Assembly: GCA_051294375.1 (NCBI GenBank)
Contig: CM119270.1
Coordinates: 21,171,775-21,235,774 of the forward strand
Length of the DNA: 64,000 nt
Reading direction: 5' to 3'
From: Paraspadella gotoi
Lineage: Eukaryota > Animalia > Chaetognatha
The notes under the pieces were generated by a model. The model searched no databases and had not been told where the DNA came from. It saw nothing but the letters and a program-made list of their open reading frames with translations. The position numbers and the translations under genes are program-made. Positions 25,543 to 37,400 of this stretch are shown here, in pieces; position 1 is the stretch's first letter, and each line of letters opens with the position of its first letter.

Positions 25543-25585
<43 letters not shown>

Positions 25586-25716
25586 ATTCGTCCCTCTCTC
25601 TCTCCTCTCCTCTCTCTCCCATCCATTCTTCATCTCCGTCTCTCTCTCTTCATCGGCCCGTTTTCTAAATGAATCGGGACAAAAATCAGGATGAAAACGA
25701 AACAAAAGAAAGGAAA

Positions 25717-25749
<33 letters not shown>

Positions 25750-26112
25750 CTCGTTTTTGTTTCCGCCTCTCGCCAGGTGGCCCAAGGTGTCACCCGCTTT
25801 CCTCTTCCTCTTCCTGCTCCAATTGGGTTTAGTGTTAAAAGGTCAAACTCGCTAATCAAAGCGAATAAAAATGTGGAAAGAAAAATAGAGAAAGAAAAGA
25901 AAGAAGAAAAGAAGATAAAGAATATATTAAAAATAGGAATTAGAGATAGAGATTGAGTAGTTATAATAGATATAATAGTATAATATAATATAATAATAAT
26001 AGGAATAGAGACAGAGATTGTGCAAAAGAATAGATGATAAGTGAAATAAGACAAATAAGCAAACAAGAAAGCTTAATATTGATTATCTTAAAGAAAAGAT
26101 GGCAAGATAAAC

Positions 26113-26160
<48 letters not shown>

Positions 26161-26164
26161 ATAA

Positions 26165-26195
<31 letters not shown>

Positions 26196-26279
26196 TTCAC
26201 GGTGAAGGATTAAAAAGGGATTTCCTCTCATCAAAGGAGAGACACTGTCACCGAATCACAGAAGGCGGGCTACACCATG

Positions 26280-26336
<57 letters not shown>

Positions 26337-27188
26337 AGCCATACGGGTCGGGGCCGAGTTTGCCCTTCGATTAAAGACCCCTTTGGGTCAAGCCCGGCCA
26401 CAACTCGCGACAGCTGCCCCTCGTAAAATGAAAGAAAGGGGGTAGAAAACTTTTATGCGAGCAGCGAATTTCTAATTATATTGCCAAAAACAGTAATAAT
26501 ATTCGCCAGAAATTATTATCGTAAATAAAACAAAAGTGGGCTAATATTATTTATACTATATAGCATGTCCGAGAGATGTACAGTTTTGGAATCGAGTTTA
26601 TACATTTAGTAGGAACAATAGCGTAATAATTCTTTACTTCCTGTCCTGGTTACAATCGTTGTTTTTATCCATTGTATGGTATACAAAGTATACTTTATGT
26701 AAAAATTGACGGTATTTTTTTATTTTTTGTCGGGAAGGAATTAAATTTAGTTTACATGGGAATCCACGTATGTGATTTACTATATGAAGCAAACAAGATA
26801 CAAACGAACAATTTATTAATGACTCATACGTATTTTGATGGTCGTAACGGAGACAAGTTGTTACTGTTGTTACTGTTACTGTACAATGTACATTATTATT
26901 TTCCAGTGAACAGGCTAAATATTAAAATAAATACGGGCTTCCTAATTACATCAAATACATCTTAATTACAATGAGATATATTTTCTTAGATCTGGCGGCA
27001 AACAATAAATAATACAATTGCATTTGTAACAAGCCCGAACAAGGAGAAAGCTTTTTAGTTCATCAATACAGTACGAATTTTGTATTACAGTATTTAAAAA
27101 TAATATTTCAAGATGTTTTCTTTCTTTTAAAATCTCCTTCCGAGTAAAAATAGGTTTTCAAGCGTTCCTTAAATTCAGCTTCCGGAAC

Positions 27189-27282
<94 letters not shown>

Positions 27283-27527
27283 CCAACCGAAAAAGTCGTT
27301 AAAATAGAAATATAAACAAAACAGAAATATTGATTGTCATCTGAAGTCGCCATCTCAAAAAAAAAGAAAGAAAAGAAAATAAAACATAATAATAAATTGT
27401 AGCAAAATAAAAAAGAAACAATGTATATAACTGATAAAAATTAAGGAATTGTACCGATTTTTATTTTAATACTAATACTGGATTGTACACCCGATGAAAA
27501 AGGGAGAGAGAGAAAACTCTGGAATTA

Positions 27528-27533
27528 TTTATT
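27528..27533 (-). other. Candidate polyadenylation signal of chordin
   Basis: AATAAA about 155 nt downstream of the stop. The AT-rich context weakens this call. Confidence 0.35.
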
Positions 27534-27686
27534 CTTATCAGAATTTGTTGGCAAAAGGGAGAAGGGATAGTGACTTGTGATAGTGACTTGTTATAGCGAC
27601 TTGTGACAGCAGTAAGTCAAGTTGTTTTTTTTTCGCTCCACAGATGTCGCTTTTTAACTGATCCTCTTCCTCTTCCTCCTCCCTAT

Positions 27687-28197
27687 TTAATTCCTCCTTC
27701 CTCCCTTCCTCTGATATCTCACTCTCATCCTTCTCTCCTCTTTCCTCGTCCTCGTCGTCCACTGCCGCTGCCGCCGCCGCGACGCCGCGCCGCCGCTTCC
27801 TTTGGCGCAGACCGGGCAGCAGGCGCCGTGCTCGCGGATCCGACGCCTGCATCTCAACTTGGGACATTTCTTCCTCGCGCAGGCGGACTTGCCCGATCGG
27901 CAGTGACAGGTGACGCAGTTCATAACGCCGAAGGGCTGAACCCGCGGATGCCACCTGGCGCCGTCCAGGTGCAGGCGCTTGTCGAAGATACAGCTGCCTT
28001 CGGGGACGTCGCCCTGCCGCGGAGGGGGCGTCGTCGGCGGCCGCGGGCGGTAGTCGTCGCGGCAAGTCTTGCAGCAGTCCGTCGGGTGGCGGCGCACGGC
28101 GTAGCGATCGGGACAAGGAAGTGGCGGGCAAGGGTTGCGGGTGCAATTGACACCTGTCGCGTCGGGGGTGCATCGGCAGACAGCGCATTCGATGTAG
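27687..28197 (-). CDS. chrd: Chordin/short gastrulation exon 4 (end of CR3, CR4, stop)
   Basis: Acceptor TTTTCTTCAG|. Reads YIECAVCRC...CCKTC...CIFD...WHPRVQPFGVMNCVTCHC...CCPVC. Phase 2 matches exon 3. Confidence 0.95.
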
Positions 28198-28249
28198 CTG
28201 AAGAAAAATGAGGGAAACTATTAAACTATTAAACTTAATTAATTAATTA

Positions 28250-28261
28250 ATTTATTTATAT

Positions 28262-28292
<31 letters not shown>

Positions 28293-28297
28293 TTTTT

Positions 28298-28384
<87 letters not shown>

Positions 28385-28420
28385 TTTGTTTATTTATTTA
28401 TTTATTTTTTATCTATTTAT
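28250..28420. repeat. (TTTA)n microsatellite filling chordin intron 3
   Basis: Directly visible. Confidence 0.95.
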
Positions 28421-28438
28421 ATTTCACTCAAAACTTAC

Positions 28439-30264
28439 CCAAATGGCGGCACATACGGATGCCACGTTGTTCCCACTCGATGCCATTTTTTGTCGCCGTC
28501 GAAATAACATTTCTTCGCCTCCTTTTGCCCGCCGCCGCCGCCGCCGCTTCTGCTGCCGTTCGATCCCGGCGCCACTCCGCCCCTTTCTCCGGCGCCGACG
28601 CAGACCGGACAACAAGCTCCGGGCGGCGTCGTCCGCCCCACGCACTCTTCAACGACCGGGCACACGGCTCGGCTGCACTCGGCCTTTCCGTGGCCGCCGC
28701 ACGAGCACGTCTCGCACTTGTCCCGTCGCGGTGTCCATCTTTCGCCCGGCGTCCGATCGACGCCCTCGTGGCGGCAGAGTTCCTCCACGGCGTTGGACTC
28801 CTCTTCTTCTTCATCCTCCTTGATCGACGGACGGTTGGGAAATCTAGCGAAGCAATCGTTGGGGACGGCGTCGACGACGCCGCCGAGGACGACGCCGCCG
28901 TAGGGAGCAGCGGCGCCGCTGGAGAGGCGCGCCACCAAGCGGCCTTTCTGGAGGCCGTGATAGAATTGATCGGAGAGGCTGTCGCGGTAGACGCCGTCCG
29001 TTTCGAGGCCAGAAAAGGTCTTCAGGACGACGGGACGCTGCAGAGCGGTAGCCGCGGATGCTGCGGAAAAGTCGTGCTCGTCATCAGCGGTAGCGGAGGG
29101 TAGCGACAGCGTCAGGGACACGCCGGTCAGCGGCAGCCCGCCCGCTACCACTTTGTAGTGCAGATGGCACTCTTTGTTCATTCCGAACCAAGCGGCGCCA
29201 GCGGCGCCAACAAAGAACTTTGCGGCGCCGATGCCGGTCGAAACGGCGCCGTTGACGCCGGTCAAAACGACGCCGGGATCTTCCATCTCGTCGCGTAGAG
29301 AAGCGACGAAGTCGACGGCGGCGACGACGCCTTTGAGCAAGGATGGCCGCGATCGAGTCGAGAGATGAAGATAAAGATCGCCCGACATCAGAGTCTGTAC
29401 GACGCCGGCGGGCACGCCCTCCCATTTCCCGACGGCCATCCCGGTTGAGGCGTCGTAGTTCCGAACAAACTCGGCCAAGGCGTGAGGGCGCCGGTGTTTC
29501 TTTCTCGGCCGGCGCCCTTCGTCTCCTCCGGCGCGAAAAGCGATGGAATCCACGGAACCGGCGAGGTTTTCCACGCGAATTTTGTAGGCGAGATTTCCGT
29601 CGGGGTAAAGTTCGAAGACCGCCGATCCCGCGGCGCTACCGGCGCTGTTTCTGGCCCCGCCTTCCGCCAAGAGGGCGTGGAGGACGCCGCATTCTTGTTT
29701 GGGAAAGACGCGACCGGACAGAGTCTTATTTCCGTCGCCGATAAGAGAAAAGGTAAGGCGTCCCGCGGCGAGAGCGGACAGACGAGACTGGGTAAGTTTA
29801 ACGGCGCCGGCGATTTTGACCCATTGCCAATCGGCGACGATAGCGCCGTCTATTTCCCAAGCGGCGTCGTCGGCGTCGTCGGCGTTGTCCACCGAGAATC
29901 TAACGACGACATTGCGTTTTCCCTTCGCCTTTAGATCCACGAAATCCTCGTCGGGAAACGCGACGAAATCCAAAAGATTCTTTTTAACGACGAAAGCGAC
30001 GACGGCGCCGCCGACGAAGTTACGGCGCCGCGCGGCGCCGCTCGGCACCGCACTCGCGGGGCTGAGCAGTCCGCTGAATCCTTCGTCGGCGAGTACGCGG
30101 TGCGAGCGGAGAAGACCGCCAACTTCGCCGCCTGGATGAGCGGCGGTCGTCAAGGAAACCCGGACGCGGGATTCGAGAAGTTTCTCGATTTGATGAGGTT
30201 TCAAGTTTCGCCAAACGCCGCAGATTTTGAAACCGAAATATTCTGAGCCGGGAAGAGGCTTGAC
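28439..30264 (-). CDS. chrd: Chordin/short gastrulation exon 3 (CHRD domains, CR2, start of CR3)
   Basis: Acceptor CCATCAG|. Contains KICGVWRN, AGSAVFEL, GAAWF...CHLHY, CRHEG...CETCSC and CYFDGD...WHPYVPPFG. Donor GTAAGT. Confidence 0.96.
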
Positions 30265-30673
30265 CTGATGGAGTGGGAATGATGTCGTTGTTGATGTTGC
30301 GCTGTTTTTTGTTGGTGATTACAGATACTTTTTGTTTTATGATTTTCTAACTGACAAGGTGCAAATAAACTGGTCTGTGAGATGTCTCAATTAATAAAGC
30401 TTGTATGTTATTGTCTAGTAAGAGCCAAATTTTGGGCAAGGACATGATTCAAAGCTCGCTTATTCTTGAAATTAATGCATAATTTTCATATTGGTTGTAT
30501 CAAATTAATAAATCTCATGGTAATCGTTAAATGAAAAACTTTTGGATAATCGTAAAGCTGTCTTCTCTGCCTCCCTCTTTCACACAACACGGTCTAGTTT
30601 TTTTCCAACCCCTTCCCGACCCCCGATTCCACACACCCCATCCATACCCCTTTCTTCCCCCGATCAAACAAAC

Positions 30674-31037
30674 CTGATGAAAGTAAAGCGCCGTCCCGAA
30701 TGTGTCCAAGAAGACGATGGCCTCTACTCTTCCGCTCAAACCGCGAAAGTGGATCGAGTAATGCAGGTGGGTGTCCCTCAGCCGAAAATGACCCCGTGCC
30801 ACCCCGGTCGTTTCCTGCCGCGGCCGCGCCATGTTGCCCGTCAGGGTCGCCAGGAATTTCTTCTCGATGCCCAAAGCGGCGCGTTTGGTGAGCCCGCCCT
30901 CGGACCGTTGGAGTTCTTTGTCAGGGGTTGAGGAGGAGGAGGAGGAGGAGGAGGAGGAGGAGGAAGACGGGGAAGAAGAAGAAGGGAGTCGCCAGGTTGC
31001 GGGGTCCTCTTGACCCGGACAGACTTTGCAGCAGCTC
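30674..31037 (-). CDS. chrd: Chordin/short gastrulation exon 2 (end of CR1, poly-Ser linker, start of CHRD1)
   Basis: Acceptor ACACAG|. Reads SCCKVCPG...FLATLTG...VARGHF...LHYSIHF. Donor CAG|GTTTGT, phase 0. Confidence 0.93.
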
Positions 31038-31321
31038 CTGTGTTGAGGAATATGAGCGAATTGATAAGAGAAATGATTTAGTCCAGTAAATATGCAATCT
31101 GTGATTCAATCAATGAAACAATAAATTATTTAACGCATCTGACAATCTGAAACGGTAAATAAAAAAATGATTTAAATTATCAATGAGTCAAATTTAAATA
31201 ATGATGGTTAAAATTATTATTCAAATTTTTATGGTTAAAATTAGCAATCAATCAATTATTTAATAAACCAAAAAACCAATCAATCAATCAATCGATCAAT
31301 CCAATCGCTCACAACCCCCAC

Positions 31322-31745
31322 CTCGGCTGCAATCGCGGTTCCTTGCAATCCGGAGTCGGACAGGAATTCTTATAATTCTTGCACTTGACTCTGAGGAACC
31401 AACTGGACCTTCTCTTCACCTCGACGCAAGTGCACCGAATGCAATACATGACGCCGAACGGATCTCCGAGGTCAGGGTTGAACGAGGCGCCGACCGCGTA
31501 ACGACGCCCGCCGAAGGAGCAGCGCCGCTTCGTCGTCGTGCTCGTCGTTGTGGTCGTCGCCGTCGTCGTCGTCGAGAAAACGGCGCCGGATGTAGAAATC
31601 TCGAAGGACGCCGGGATGGAAACGGGCGGGGGCGTCGTAGAAAGCGGCGTCGAATAAAGGGTGTTGTTGTCGTTGTTGTTGTTGTTGTTCTCCAAATCTT
31701 CGATCGCTTTCGAATGATGAACACGATGATGTCGACGACGATGTT

Positions 31746-31776
<31 letters not shown>

Positions 31777-31884
31777 TGTTGTTGTTGTTGTTTCCGGCGC
31801 CACGGTCGTGACGTTGGAAGCGATCGTCGCCGTTCCAATGACGGCGTTAACGCAAAGGCAAAATAAAACGAGTGGCGTCTCCAT
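31322..31884 (-). CDS. chrd: Chordin/short gastrulation exon 1 (signal peptide, Thr-rich region, CR1)
   Basis: GCCATGG start and hydrophobic N-terminus; CSFGG...PDLGDPFGVMYCIRCTC; donor AG|GTGGGG, phase 2. The four exons sum to 3264 nt (1087 aa plus stop) in one frame. Confidence 0.95.
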
Positions 31885-31989
31885 GGCGACGGAGATTGTT
31901 TATCGAATAAATTGACTTTTTTAGAATCGAGGATTTTTTTTTCTATTAATAACGTTACTTTAATTTTAAGTATTTTGTTGTTAATGTAG

Positions 31990-31999
31990 TTTTATATAT
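31990..31999 (-). promoter_or_regulatory. Candidate TATA box for chordin
   Basis: TATATAAAA about 110 nt upstream of the ATG, next to a GC-rich patch; motif evidence only. Confidence 0.3.
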
Positions 32000-32108
32000 T
32001 GAGCGACGGCGACAAGTTTGTGTTGCATAAATCGTCAGTTGATTTTTTTTTTTTTTTTTTTTTTATCTTTTAAAAAACAAAACTCCCGATCGTCGCGTGA
32101 GTTTGAGA

Positions 32109-32180
<72 letters not shown>

Positions 32181-32671
32181 GAGAGAGAGATTTTTTTTAC
32201 AACGATGACGATGACTAGTTTTATCAAAATTTCCGAGATTGAAATTTTTTTTTTTTAGAATGGCGTATGGAATCAAGTTTAAATATTTCGTTGCGTAAAA
32301 AACTAATTTGTTTATTTTCGTGTGTTTATGGGGGAGGAGAGAGGGGGCGCGAGAGAGGGCCGTGTCTCAGGAAATACGATTCTTTAGTCAAAATGATTTT
32401 TCAACTTTTTTCTTCGCAATGAATTTTATTTTCCAAAATTTGCTGGTAATATATTTTATTTCATAATTACCACTTGTTTTGTTAATTGTTAGTTGAATTT
32501 GTTTCATTCGTTGTTTTTATTATTTTGTTTGTTTTACTTTGTCTATGTTTGTTTACATTTTGTTATGTTTATGTTTTTTTTATCTTTTTTTTTTGCTTCT
32601 TCCTCGTTGACACCGCGTGAGTGAATGATTTTCCTCCACGCTCTGATTTTCATTTGACAGAGGACCTCTTC

Positions 32672-32742
<71 letters not shown>

Positions 32743-32851
32743 TCTTCTCTTCTCTCCATCTTCATCCCGCTCGTCGTTCCCGTATTCGGCGCCGAGAAGG
32801 ATAGAGAGAGAGAGTAGATGAGGGAGAGAGAGAGAAGAGAGAGAATGAGAG

Positions 32852-32886
<35 letters not shown>

Positions 32887-33008
32887 GTTTGCCTTTGTTA
32901 TTCTCTTTACCATTCAGTGCGACACAAAAATTTACAATCCCTTATTCTTCCGATGGAAAAATTCATGGGTGAGAAAAAAAGGAAAACTTGGAACAGGAAT
33001 TTCATTGT

Positions 33009-33074
<66 letters not shown>

Positions 33075-33639
33075 GGGTGGGAGGTCGTTAGAGAATCTCT
33101 GCCGCCAAAGTCAGGAGAGAAGAGAATAAAAAGAAGAGGATAAAAGAAGGAGAGAAAGAAAATGACAATAGAAAATAGACGGTGATGATTAGAGGGGAAG
33201 GAGGAAGAAGATGAAGAGGAGGAGGAGGAGGAAGAGGAGGAGAAGTAGGGTAGGAGGAGGAAGAGAAGGAGGAGGAGGAATAGCGATAAAAAAAACAGTG
33301 GGAGAAATTTCGATGTCAGTCAAAGAAAAGGGAAGGGGGGTTTAAAAACACTCCCTCTCTATCTGTTTCTCTTATTCTTTAAGAAACAAAAAATTATCAT
33401 CTCTTTCTGTTTCTATCTTTATTTTTTTCTCTTTCACTCTCTTTATCTTTTCTCCCCTTTTTCCTCTCTCCTTATCACTCTCTCTCCACCTTTAAATGAG
33501 AATTATAATGATGAAGGGAAAAAAAAGATGAGGAAATTAAAGATAATTCGGCAAACACGAAACTTCAAAGCAAAAATCGAGAAACCTGACGACCAGCCTG
33601 TGAGTCGGGGAGGAGAGTGTAGAGAGAGTAGAGAAGAGT

Positions 33640-34451
33640 AGAGTAGAAGAGAAGAGAGAGAGAGAGAGATAAACAGCAAGAAGAGGAATAAAGGGAGAAA
33701 AGATAAGAAGAGAGTGAAAGAGAAAAAAATAAAGATAGAAACAGAAAGAGATGATAATTTTTTGTTTCTTAAAGAATAAGAGAAACAGATAGAGAGGGAG
33801 TGTTTTAAACCCCCCTTCCCTTTTCTTTGACTGACATCCGAAATTTCTTCTCCCACTGTTTTTTTTAATCGCTAATTCCTCCTCCCTCCTCTCTTCCTCC
33901 TCCTAACCCTAGTTCTCCTCCTCTCCTCCTCCTCCTCTCTTCTTCTTCCTCCTCCCCTCTAATCATCACCGTCTATTTCTCTAATTGTCATTTTCTTTCT
34001 CTCCTTCTTTTATCCTCTTCTTTTTATTCTCTTCTCCTCCTGACATTTGGCGGCAGAGATTCTCTAACGACCTCCCACCGCAACACGACGACGGACGACG
34101 ACGACGACGACGACGACGAACGACGACAGACGACGAACGACGACGACGACGACGACGACGACGAACAATGAATTCCTGTTCCAAAGTTTTCCTTTTTTTC
34201 TCACCCATGAATTTTTCCATCGGAAGAATAAGGGATTGTAAATTTTTGTGTCGCACTGAATGTAAAGAGAATAACAAAGGCAAGACACCTCTCTCTCTCT
34301 CTCTCTCGTCTCTCTCTCTCCCTCTCTCTTCTCTCTCTCTCTCTCTCCCGTCATCTCTCTCTCCTCTCTCCTGTCTCGGCGCGCGAATAGTGGGAACGAC
34401 GAGCGGGATGAAGATGGAGAGAGAGAGAGAGAGAGAGAGTAGAGAGAGAGA

Positions 34452-34483
<32 letters not shown>

Positions 34484-37400
34484 AGAGATGAGGAGAGGGC
34501 CTCTGTCAAATGAAAATGCAAGAGCGGTGGAGGAAATCACATTCACTCACGCGCTGTCAACGAGGAAGAAGCGAAAAAAAAAAAGGATAAAAAAAAACGA
34601 TAAACATAAACAAATGTACACCAACATAGACAAAGTAAAAACAAACAAAAAAATAAAACAACGAAGTGATCAAAACAAGTGTAAATTATGAAATAAAATA
34701 TAATTTACCTAGCAAAGTTTGGAAATAATAAGTTCATTCGCGAAGAAAAAAGTTGAAAAAGTCATTTTGACTAAAGAATCGATTTCCTGAGACACGAGCC
34801 CCTCCTCTCCGCCCCGTCTCTCTCCCCCCCATAAACACACGAAAATAAACAAATTTATTTTTCTACGGCAACAAATATTTAATCTTGATTCATAACGCAC
34901 GATTCTAGAGCAAAAAAAAATTTCATCTCGAAATTTTGACGAAAAACTTAAGTCATCGTCATCGTTTGAAAAAAATCTCATCTCTCTCTCTCTCTCTCCG
35001 TCTCTCTCTCTCTGTCCATCTCTCTCTCTCTCTCTCTCAGTACGTCATAGCACTCAATGCTCTCTCTTCTCTCTCTCTCCTCTCTGCTCAAACCTCACCG
35101 AAACACGGATTTTTGTTTTTTAAAGATAAACAAAAAAAAAAAAGAAAATCAACCGACGATTTATGCAACACAAACTTGTCGCCGCGCTCAATATATAAAA
35201 CTACATTAACAACAAATACTTAAAATTAAATAACGTCACTAATAGAAAAAAAAATCTCGATTCTAAAAAAGTCCAATTTATTCCGATAAAACAATCTCCG
35301 TAGCCATGAGAACGCACTCGTCTTATTTTGCGTGTGGCGTTTCCACGACCGTCTATTGGATACGGCGTACGAACTGCGCGTTCTCAACGTCACGAACCGT
35401 TGCGAGACGGGAGAACAACAACAACAATCTAACAACGACACGCGACGACGAACGACAGAGCGAACATTCGCGTCGTCGACATCATGAGCGTGTTTCTATT
35501 CATTTCAAAAAGCGATACGAAGATTTGGAGAACACAACGACAACAACGACAAACAAACACCCTTGTAATTCTGCAGACGTACGCTTCTTACGAAACGTCC
35601 CACACGCACCCGTTTCCATCCCGGGCTGTTCTCGAGATTTCTAACATCCGGTCGCTCGTTTTCTCACGAGACGAACGACGACGGCGACGACCACAACGAC
35701 GAGCACGACGACGTAAGCGGATCGCTTGCTCCTAATCGGCGGGAGGCGTCGATTACGCTCAGGTAGGACGCCCTATTCAACCCTGACCTCGGAGATCCGA
35801 TTCGGTCTCAATGTTATTGCATCGGTCGAGCGTTGCGTCGATGGTGAAGTAGAAGGTTCCAGTTGTTCCTCAGAGTCAAGTGCAAGAATTATAAGAATTC
35901 CTGTCCGACCCCGGATCTGAGGCAAGGAACCGCGATGTGCAGCCGATGTGGGGTTTGATGAAGCGATTAGATTGATCGTATTGATTATGATTCTAAGTTT
36001 ATTAAATAATTGATTGATTGCTAATTTTAACATAAAAATCTTGAATAGATAATGGTAACCATCATTGATTTTATTTTATTATATTTTGTACACTCATTGA
36101 TAATTTTAAATTCATTTTCTTATTACCGTTCAGATATGTCAGATGCGTTAAATAATTTATTGTTCATTGATTGAAATCACAGAGTTGCCATATGTACTGG
36201 GACTAACATCATTTTCTCTTTATCAATTCGCTCAATATCCTCCAAACACAGGAGCTGCTGCAGTAAGTCCTGTCCTGGATTCAAGAGGACCTCCGCAACC
36301 CTGGCGACTCCCTTCTCACTTCTTCCCGTCTTCCTCCTCCCTTCTTCTCCTCCTCCTCCTCATCCATAGCGAAACCCTGACAAAGAACCCCAACGGGTCC
36401 GAGGGCGGGCATCACCAAACGCGCCGCTTGAGGGGCATCCGGAAGAAGAAATCTGCGACCCTGACGGGCACAGGCGACGGCCGCTGGTCAGGAAACGACC
36501 GTGGGGGCACGGGGTCATTTTCCGGCTGAGGATCACCCTCCCACCTGCATTACTCGATCCCTTTCGCGTGTTTGAAGGCGGAAGAAATAGATTGGCATCG
36601 TCTCTTTCTTTTGACAGCGAGCGATGAAGACGGCGCTTTACAATTTACAATCAGGTCTATGTATTTGAATACGCGGTGAGGAAAAGAAAGGGGTAAGATG
36701 GGTTGTGTGGAATTCGGGGCGGTCGTAAGGTGGTTTGGGAAAAAACTAGAACCGTGTTGTGTGAAAGAGGGAGGCAGAGAGAGAGCGAGCATAACACGCT
36801 ATTATCCAAAAGTTTTTTTCATTTAAATTAAACGATTACCATGAGATTTATTATTGATGAGCGACCAATACCTGAAATTAAATGCATAATTTCAAGAATA
36901 AGCGAGCTTTTGAATCATGGTCCTTGCCCAAAATTTGGCTCTTTACAGACAATAACATACAAAGCTTATTATTGAGAAACCATCTCACAGACCAGTTATT
37001 TGCACCTTGTCAGTTTAGATAAATCAAAAACAAAACAGTATCTGTAAAATCACCAAACAAAAAAACAGCGCAACATCAACAACGACATCATTCCCACTCC
37101 ATCAGGTCAAGGCCTCTTCCCGCTCAGAATATTTCGGTTTCAAAATCTGGGCGTTGGCGAAACTGAAACGTCATCAAAACGAGAAACTTCTCGAATCCCG
37201 CGTCCCGGGTTTCCCTGACGACCGCCGCTCATCCAGGCGGCGAAGTTGGCGGTCCTTCTCCGCTCGCCATCCCGCCGTACTCCGCCGACGAAGGATTCAG
37301 CGACTGCTCAGCCCCGGCCGAGTGCGTGCCGACGGCGCCGCGCGCGCCGTAACTTCGTCGGCGGCGCCGTCGTCGCTTTCGTCGTTAAAAAGATCTTTTG

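Noticed and set aside
28386-30139. Long antisense and alternative-frame ORFs over chordin exon 3
   Set aside because: These are the expected shadow ORFs of GC-rich coding sequence; they are low-complexity and Arg/Ala-rich with no motifs.
32018-35223. ORFs rich in RE, SL, poly-R or poly-V
   Set aside because: They are translations of (GA)n and (GTC)n microsatellites.
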